23,452 nucleotides of DNA, taken from IMG/VR virus record IMGVR_UViG_2609460346_000013. One strand, 5' to 3'. The notes below the pieces were generated by a model, which saw only the letters and a list, made by a program, of their open reading frames with translations, was not told where the DNA came from and made no database searches. Positions 17,427 through 23,452 of this stretch are shown in pieces. Position 1 is the stretch's first letter; the number at the start of each line of letters is the position of its first letter. The translations under genes and the position numbers were made by a program. The stretch is from a virus (taxonomy: Duplodnaviria; Heunggongvirae; Uroviricota; Caudoviricetes).

Positions 17427-19472
17427 ATGAGCATAAAATTCAGAACCGTTATCACCACTGCCGGTGCAGCAAAGCTGGCAGCGGCAACCGCGCCGGGAGG
17501 GCGGAAGGTCAACATTACCACGATGGCCGTCGGGGATGGCGGTGGTAAATTGCCTGTCCCGGATGCCGGACAGACCGGGCTTATCCATGAAGTCTGGCGA
17601 CATGCGCTGAACAAAATCAGCCAGGACAAACGAAACAGTAATTATATTATCGCCGAGCTGGTTATTCCGCCGGAGGTGGGCGGTTTCTGGATGCGTGAGC
17701 TTGGCCTGTACGATGATGCGGGAACATTAATTGCCGTGGCGAACATGGCCGAAAGTTATAAGCCAGCTCTTGCCGAAGGCTCAGGGCGTTCGCAGACCTG
17801 TCGCATGGTCATCATCGTCAGCAGTGTGGCCTCAGTGGAGCTGACCATTGACACCACAACGGTGATGGCGACTCAGGATTACGTTGATGACAAAATTGCA
17901 GAGCATGAACAGTCACGACGTCACCAGGACGCCTCGCTGACCGCAAAAGGTTTTACTCAGTTAAGCAATGCGACCAACAGCACGTCTGAAACACTGGCCG
18001 CAACGCCGAAAGCGGTTAAGGCCGCATATGACCTTGCTAACGGGAAATATACCGCACAGGACGCTACCACAGCGCGAAAAGGTCTTGTCCAGCTAAGTAG
18101 TGCGACCAACAGCATATCTGAAACGCTCGCCGCAACACCAAAAGCCGTTAAGACGGTAATGGATGAAACGAACAAGAAAGCGCCATTAAACAGCCCTGCA
18201 CTGACCGGAACGCCAACGACGCCAACTGCGCGACAGGGAACGAATAATACTCAGATCGCAAACACGGCTTTCGTTATGGCCGCGATTGCCGCCCTTGTAG
18301 ACTCGTCGCCTGACGCACTGAATACGCTGAACGAGCTGGCGGCGGCGCTGGGCAATGACCCGAATTTTGCTACCACCATGACTAATGCGCTTGCGGGTAA
18401 GCAACCGAAAGATGCCACTTTGACGGCGCTGGCGGGGCTTGCTACTGCGGCAGACAGGTTTCCGTATTTTACGGGGAATGATGTTGCCAGCCTGGCGACC
18501 CTGACAAAAGTCGGGCGGGATATTCTGGCTAAATCGACCGTTGCCGCTGTTATCGAATATCTCGGTTTACAGGAAACGGTAAACCGAGCCGGGAACGCCG
18601 TGCAAAAAAATGGCGATACTTTGTCCGGCGGGCTTACTTTTGAAAACGACTCAATCCTTGCCTGGATTCGAAATACTGACTGGGCGAAGATTGGATTTAA
18701 AAATGATGCCGATGGTGACACTGATTCATATATGTGGTTTGAAACAGGTGACAACGGCAATGAATATTTCAAATGGAGAAGTCGCCAGAGCACCACAACA
18801 AAAGACCTGATGAATCTTAAATGGGATGCTCTGTATGTTCTTGTTAAAGCCCTTTTCAGCAGTGAAGTAAAAATATCTACAGTCAATGCACTGAGGATAT
18901 TTAATTCATCTTTTGGGGCTATTTTTCGCCGTTCTGAAGAAAACCTGTATATCATTCCTACACGAGAAAATGAGGGTGAAAATGGAGATATTGGGCCATT
19001 AAGGCCATTCGGCATCAACTTAAGAACAGGAGTTGTGTCTGTTGGTAATGGTGCCAGGATTGATGGCGGGCTGGCACTTGGCACGAATAACGCGTTGGGT
19101 GGGAACTCTATTGTTCTTGGTGATAACGACACCGGATTTAAACAAAATGGCGATGGTAATCTGGATGTTTATGCTAATAACGTCCATGTTATGCGCTTTG
19201 TTTCCGGAAGCATTCAAAGTAATAAGACCATAAATATTACGGGGCGTGTTAATCCCTCGGATTACGGTAACTTTGATTCCCGCTATGTGAGAGATATCAG
19301 ACTTGGCACACGTGTTGTCCAGACCATGCAGAAAGGGGTGATGTATGAGAAAGCAGGGCACGTAATTACCGGGCTTGGTATTGTCGGTGAAGTCGATGGT
19401 GATGACCCCGCAGTATTCAGGCCAATACAAAAATACATCAATGGCACATGGTATAACGTCGCACAGGTGTAA
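17427..19472 (+). CDS. H: Tail fibre protein H (681 aa)
   Basis: GAGGAA ribosome-binding site. Conserved P2-H-type N-terminus (MSIKFRTVITTAGAAKLAAA). Internal repeated SATNS-SETLAATPKAVK motif. The C-terminal third is visibly AT-richer. Confidence 0.85.
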   Translation: MSIKFRTVITTAGAAKLAAATAPGGRKVNITTMAVGDGGGKLPVPDAGQTGLIHEVWRHALNKISQDKRNSNYIIAELVIPPEVGGFWMRELGLYDDAGTLIAVANMAESYKPALAEGSGRSQTCRMVIIVSSVASVELTIDTTTVMATQDYVDDKIAEHEQSRRHQDASLTAKGFTQLSNATNSTSETLAATPKAVKAAYDLANGKYTAQDATTARKGLVQLSSATNSISETLAATPKAVKTVMDETNKKAPLNSPALTGTPTTPTARQGTNNTQIANTAFVMAAIAALVDSSPDALNTLNELAAALGNDPNFATTMTNALAGKQPKDATLTALAGLATAADRFPYFTGNDVASLATLTKVGRDILAKSTVAAVIEYLGLQETVNRAGNAVQKNGDTLSGGLTFENDSILAWIRNTDWAKIGFKNDADGDTDSYMWFETGDNGNEYFKWRSRQSTTTKDLMNLKWDALYVLVKALFSSEVKISTVNALRIFNSSFGAIFRRSEENLYIIPTRENEGENGDIGPLRPFGINLRTGVVSVGNGARIDGGLALGTNNALGGNSIVLGDNDTGFKQNGDGNLDVYANNVHVMRFVSGSIQSNKTINITGRVNPSDYGNFDSRYVRDIRLGTRVVQTMQKGVMYEKAGHVITGLGIVGEVDGDDPAVFRPIQKYINGTWYNVAQV

Positions 19473-19475
19473 TTT

Positions 19476-20003
19476 ATGCAGCATTTAAAAAATATTACTG
19501 CGGGTAATCCAAAAACTGTTGCCCAATATCAACTGACAAAAAATTTTGATGTTATCTGGTTATGGTCCGAAGAGGGAAAAAACTGGTATGAGGAAGTAAG
19601 TAATTTTCAGGAAGACACGATAAAGATTGTTTACGACGAGAATAATATAATTGTCGGCATCACCAGAGATGCTTCAACGCTTAACCCTGAAGGTTTCAGC
19701 GTTGTCGAGGTTCCTGATATTACCTCCAACCGACGTGCTGATGACTCAGGTAAATGGATGTTTAAGGATGGTGCCGTGATTAAGCGGATTTATACGGCAG
19801 ATGAACAGGAGCAACAGGCAGAATCACAAAAAGCAGCTTTACTTTCCGAAGCGGAAAGCGTTATTCAGCCACTGGAACGCGCTGTCAGGCTGAATATGGC
19901 GACGGATGAGGAATGCGCACGACTGGAGTCATGGGAACGCTACAGCGTTCTGATCAGCCGTGTGGATCCTGCAAATCCTGAATGGCCGGAAATGCCGCAA
20001 TAA
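19476..20003 (+). CDS. G: Tail fibre assembly chaperone G (175 aa)
   Basis: Directly downstream of H. Length matches recalled P2 gpG. Confidence 0.8.
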   Translation: MQHLKNITAGNPKTVAQYQLTKNFDVIWLWSEEGKNWYEEVSNFQEDTIKIVYDENNIIVGITRDASTLNPEGFSVVEVPDITSNRRADDSGKWMFKDGAVIKRIYTADEQEQQAESQKAALLSEAESVIQPLERAVRLNMATDEECARLESWERYSVLISRVDPANPEWPEMPQ

Positions 20004-20224
20004 GTTGTATAAGCTCTGGTGTGAGATTACATATCTATGGCACAGAGTAAAGCCTAATCTGACAGGCCGCTCTGTGTCTGGAGTAGATTTTAGTAAAGCA
20101 TTATTTTATTAGTGCAAATTCTAATCAATACATTTTATGTATATGATATCCTACGGACTTTAATGACTTGGTTTAGGCTAACCAGATAACACTGAAGGAA
20201 TATTTTTGATAATTAAGGTGCGGT

Positions 20225-20818
20225 ATGTTTACTAAGCGACGATTAAAAAATATTAACTGGGAGGCAAGTTCAGTGATTCTTGCTATGGTTCTCTTTGTTG
20301 GAAATATATTTTATACAAATCATCGTGATGATATAAGCATGGAGGCTGAGAGGGACAGTATCAGAACAATGTTTGCATATGAAATCGCTAATAACCATCG
20401 CGCTCTCACTTTTCTTGATAAAACGAGACATATTGGCTTTGACGAAAATTCGGAGCATTTTGTTGGCGAGCCTTTTGCCATTAATGTCAAATCATTAGGG
20501 GGACCTCGCTTACAGATTGCATTAAACCAGACTGATAAAGTGTTTAAATCCTACTTCGGCGAATTAAGTAAGCTTGATAAAGAGGATGTTACTCTTCTTA
20601 TGGACTATTACCATGAGCAAAGCATCCTGCTGGAGCGTGTAAAATCTACGTTACAGAAGATGAAAAGTGGTAATGATATTAAAGTTGATATTGATGGTTG
20701 CTTATTAGAAGAACACTTCATGAATGAGCTTAATCTTTCTAATATTTTGCTTAAACGCTATAGCTATTTATTATCACAACACGCTAAGGAACATAAAACA
20801 AAAGATTTACATAATTGA
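20225..20818 (+). CDS. N-terminally membrane-anchored hypothetical protein (197 aa), cargo gene at the P2 Z/fun position
   Basis: AAGGTG ribosome-binding site. One N-terminal hydrophobic helix (SSVILAMVLFVGNIFY), then a soluble domain with no recognised motif. AT-rich. Confidence 0.6.
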   Translation: MFTKRRLKNINWEASSVILAMVLFVGNIFYTNHRDDISMEAERDSIRTMFAYEIANNHRALTFLDKTRHIGFDENSEHFVGEPFAINVKSLGGPRLQIALNQTDKVFKSYFGELSKLDKEDVTLLMDYYHEQSILLERVKSTLQKMKSGNDIKVDIDGCLLEEHFMNELNLSNILLKRYSYLLSQHAKEHKTKDLHN

Positions 20819-21044
20819 TAATCTGCTAATGGTTATTCATGGGGTAACTATGTTTTATATGTAATCCAGCCCAGATGAATTATTGATTCTGGATAATAAC
20901 CGCAGAGCGGCATATACCCTGACAGGCAAATGTCCGCTTCTTGCTCAAAGCAGACTGTCAGATTTGATAACTTTTGGGCTATGTAAACTGTCAGTCGGAA
21001 AATGAGTGTGTACAAATCAGGACAGGCGGGGGGAATTGCCCCCA

Positions 21045-21066
21045 TTTTTTTTTTTTTTTTTTTTTT
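21045..21066. repeat. Homopolymeric tract of 22 consecutive T, preceded by an imperfect GC hairpin (GGGGGGAATTGCCCCC)
   Basis: Counted directly. Lies between the cargo gene and the FI remnant. Confidence 0.9.
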
Positions 21067-21148
21067 CCACTGACCAGCCAGGTCAAATAGCGTCTCATGT
21101 ACTACCCAACGGAAAATAGTTGCACCCATTAACCACGGAGTTAAACGG

Positions 21149-21262
21149 ATGAGTGACTATCATCACGGCGTGCAGGTGCTGGAGATTAACGACGGCACCC
21201 GCGTCATTTCCACCGTATCCACAGCCATTGTCGGCATGGTCTGCACGGCTAGCCTCCCGTAA
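21149..21262 (+). pseudogene. FI: Tail sheath FI, N-terminal 37-codon remnant
   Basis: [35 protein letters not shown] matches the recalled P2 FI N-terminus, then runs into a stop after two more codons. Confidence 0.75.
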
Positions 21263-22013
21263 CAGGCTGGAAGCCAGTGTCGCTCCGTCACTGGCCGGAA
21301 TTAAAATCCCGCACATCGACCAGTCGCAGGAGTCCGATGCGAAATTCCTGACCCGTCTTGCTGAACGCAACGGCGGTGAGGTGTCGGTAAAAATGGGAAA
21401 ACTGCTGTTTCTCAAAGCGGGGCAGGGGGGGACGGTCAGCGGTAAAAAAATCCCGCAGATTACCATCACCCGCAGCGACGGCGACCGTCATCATTTTGCG
21501 ATTGCTGACCGTGGAGCCTACACAGGCGTAACGGCAAAGTGGTTACACACCAAAGACCCGAAGCCGCAAAAGCAGAAGGTAAAACTGAAACGCAAAAAGA
21601 AAGAGAAACACCTGCGCGCACTGGAGCACCCGAAAGCGAAACCGGTCACGCAGAAGAAAGAGCCAAAAGTACCGGAAGCGCGCGAAGGTGAATACATGGC
21701 CGGTGAGGCTGACAACGTTTTTGCCCTGACCACGGTATATGCCACGAAAGCACAGGCCATGCGCGCCGCTCAGGCGAAGTGGGATAAACTGCAACGGGGT
21801 GTTGCGGAGTTCTCCATCAGCCTGGCTACTGGTCGGGCAGATATTTACACGGAAACGCCGGTCAGAGTGTCAGGCTTTAAGCGCGTCATAGACGAGCAGG
21901 ACTGGACAATCACTAAGGTGACACATTTTCTGAATAATAGCGGCTTCACGACGTCCCTGGAGCTTGAGGTCAGGCTTTCTGATGTGGAGTACGAAACAGA
22001 AGATGATGAGTGA
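21263..22013 (+). pseudogene. D: Tail protein D, C-terminal fragment (about 240 codons), fused out of frame to the FI remnant
   Basis: The frame carries D-like C-terminal sequence (IPHIDQSQESDAKFLTRLAERNGGEVS ... lysine-rich linker ... RLSDVEYETEDDE). Its first about 36 codons in the ORF track are an out-of-frame read of FI. The exact junction lies within about 21255..21300. Confidence 0.7.
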
Positions 22014-22094
22014 TGTAATTTATTTATCTGTTTGTTTTATAAGGATAAATTAACTAAAATGGCACCATCAACAAAACCGGAAGAGGTGCTCGCG

Positions 22095-22313
22095 ATGTTT
22101 CATTGTCCTTTATGCCAGCATGCCGCACATGCGCGTACAAGCCGCTATATCACTGACACGACAAAAGAGCGTTATCACCAGTGTCAGAACGTGAATTGCA
22201 GCGCCACGTTCATCACTTATGAGTCGGTACAGCGATACATCGTGAAGCCGGGAGAAGTCCATGCCGTAAGGCCGCACCCGTTGCCGTCAGGACAGCAAAT
22301 TATGTGGATGTAA
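22095..22313 (+). CDS. ogr: Late-gene transcriptional activator Ogr (zinc finger, 72 aa from MFHCPLCQH)
   Basis: CxxC...CxxxxC zinc-binding pattern (CPLCQH...CQNVNC). Length and N-terminus match recalled P2 Ogr. It is the last prophage gene before host DNA. Confidence 0.9.
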   Translation: MFHCPLCQHAAHARTSRYITDTTKERYHQCQNVNCSATFITYESVQRYIVKPGEVHAVRPHPLPSGQQIMWM

Positions 22314-22323
22314 TCACAAAAAT

Positions 22324-22350
22324 AGCCCCTCAGTTGAGGGGCTTTATTTA
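22324..22350 (+). terminator. Rho-independent terminator after ogr
   Basis: 8-bp stem AGCCCCTC/GAGGGGCT with a 4-nt loop, followed by a U-rich tail (TTTATTTA). Confidence 0.75.
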
Positions 22351-22441
22351 TGGTCGATGTGGACGCTATGTGGACAGCGTTTGATATAAATCCATTTATA
22401 TCATCAGGTTAGGTGCTTTTTTGTGACACCATCCCTGTCTT

Positions 22442-22468
22442 CCCCCACATGATGTGGGGGTTTTTTTT
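22442..22468 (+). terminator. Rho-independent terminator, probably host-derived
   Basis: CCCCCACA/TGTGGGGG stem followed by eight T. Confidence 0.7.
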
Positions 22469-22549
22469 ATCCTCAATTTGCCTGCTGCTTAATGCATTGC
22501 AGATGATTTGCTTCCGTTATACTACCGTCAGTTGATAGCGGGAGTATTT

Positions 22550-23452
22550 ATGAATCAATCTTATGGACGGCTGGTCAGTCGGGCGGCGATTGCTGCGACG
22601 GCGATGGCTTCGCTGCTATTGCTGATTAAAATTTTTGCATGGTGGTATACCGGGTCGGTGAGTATTCTCGCCGCGCTGGTGGATTCGCTGGTGGATATCG
22701 GCGCGTCGTTGACGAATTTACTGGTGGTGCGATATTCCCTGCAACCTGCCGACGATAATCACTCGTTTGGTCACGGTAAAGCTGAGTCCCTCGCGGCGCT
22801 GGCGCAAAGTATGTTTATCTCCGGTTCGGCACTATTCCTGTTTTTGACGGGTATTCAACATCTGGTATCTCCAACACCGATGACAGATCCAGGCGTCGGG
22901 GTTATCGTGACAATTGTGGCGCTAATTTGTACGATTATCCTTGTCTCGTTTCAGCGTTGGGTGGTGCGCCGGACGCAAAGCCAGGCGGTGCGGGCTGATA
23001 TGCTACATTACCAGTCTGATGTTATGATGAACGGCGCAATTCTGCTGGCGCTGGGGTTGTCCTGGTACGGCTGGCATCGCGCCGATGCTCTGTTTGCATT
23101 GGGGATCGGCATCTATATTTTATATAGCGCGTTACGCATGGGATATGAGGCGGTACAGTCATTACTGGATCGCGCATTGCCTGATGAGGAACGGCAAGAA
23201 ATTATTGATATCGTGACTTCCTGGCCGGGTGTTAGCGGCGCTCACGATCTTCGCACGCGGCAGTCAGGGCCGACCCGCTTTATTCAGATTCATTTGGAAA
23301 TGGAAGACTCTCTGCCTTTGGTTCAGGCACATATGGTGGCGGATCAGGTAGAGCAGGCTATTTTACGGCGTTTTCCGGGATCGGATGTGATTATCCATCA
23401 GGACCCCTGTTCCGTCGTACCCAGGGAGGGTAAACGGTCTATGCTTTCATAA
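22550..23452 (+). CDS. fieF: Cation diffusion facilitator family Fe/Zn efflux transporter FieF (YiiP), 300 aa
   Basis: Starts [35 protein letters not shown] and carries the CDF signature with multiple transmembrane helices. Matches the enterobacterial FieF sequence as I recall it. GGGAG ribosome-binding site upstream. The stop is the last codon of the window. Confidence 0.9.
   Translation: MNQSYGRLVSRAAIAATAMASLLLLIKIFAWWYTGSVSILAALVDSLVDIGASLTNLLVVRYSLQPADDNHSFGHGKAESLAALAQSMFISGSALFLFLTGIQHLVSPTPMTDPGVGVIVTIVALICTIILVSFQRWVVRRTQSQAVRADMLHYQSDVMMNGAILLALGLSWYGWHRADALFALGIGIYILYSALRMGYEAVQSLLDRALPDEERQEIIDIVTSWPGVSGAHDLRTRQSGPTRFIQIHLEMEDSLPLVQAHMVADQVEQAILRRFPGSDVIIHQDPCSVVPREGKRSMLS

Noticed and set aside
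20848-21129. Minus-strand 93-aa ORF containing a KKKKKKKK run
   Set aside because: The poly-lysine is just the 22-T homopolymer read on the opposite strand. The ORF spans an intergenic promoter and terminator region and is not credible as a gene.
21518-21794. Two minus-strand ORFs (80 and 83 aa) inside the D fragment
   Set aside because: Antisense to the lysine-rich linker region of D. Their phenylalanine/leucine-rich sequences are the mirror of the poly-lysine coding strand.
22032-22313. Extended 93-aa Ogr ORF starting at 22032
   Set aside because: Ogr-family proteins begin at the zinc-finger Met (MFHCPLCQ). The upstream extension crosses AT-rich promoter-like sequence, so 22095 was taken as the start.
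1-23452. CRISPR arrays, tRNA or rRNA genes, insertion-sequence transposases
   Set aside because: No regularly spaced direct repeats, no cloverleaf-like tRNA candidates at the prophage boundary, and no transposase-like ORFs or terminal inverted repeats were seen. The only mobile element is the prophage itself.

Overview
The window is almost entirely a defective P2-like (Peduovirus-type) prophage in an enterobacterial chromosome, ending at the host cation-efflux gene fieF (22550..23452). Gene order is P2 prophage order: int (-), C repressor (-), operator palindromes, cox, B, small early ORFs, replication endonuclease A, a cargo island, cos, portal Q (-), then lysis, tail-completion, baseplate and tail-fiber genes, and ogr. 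Two internal deletions are visible. One fuses a C-terminal terminase P fragment to an N-terminally truncated endolysin K, removing the capsid genes and holin. The other fuses the first 37 codons of tail sheath FI to a C-terminal fragment of D, removing sheath, tube and tape-measure genes. Three visibly AT-rich cargo loci sit at positions that are variable in P2: between A and cos (two small membrane proteins, a 315-aa protein with an N-terminal TIR-like signature, and a lipoprotein plus a 305-aa membrane-anchored protein), between S and V (an antisense 261-aa membrane protein), and between G and the FI remnant (a 197-aa N-terminally anchored protein). The TIR-like gene is the strongest candidate for an undescribed anti-phage system. 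All protein identities are recalled from P2 family knowledge and motif reading; no alignment or search was run, and GC differences were judged by eye. attL lies outside the window and attR could not be placed.
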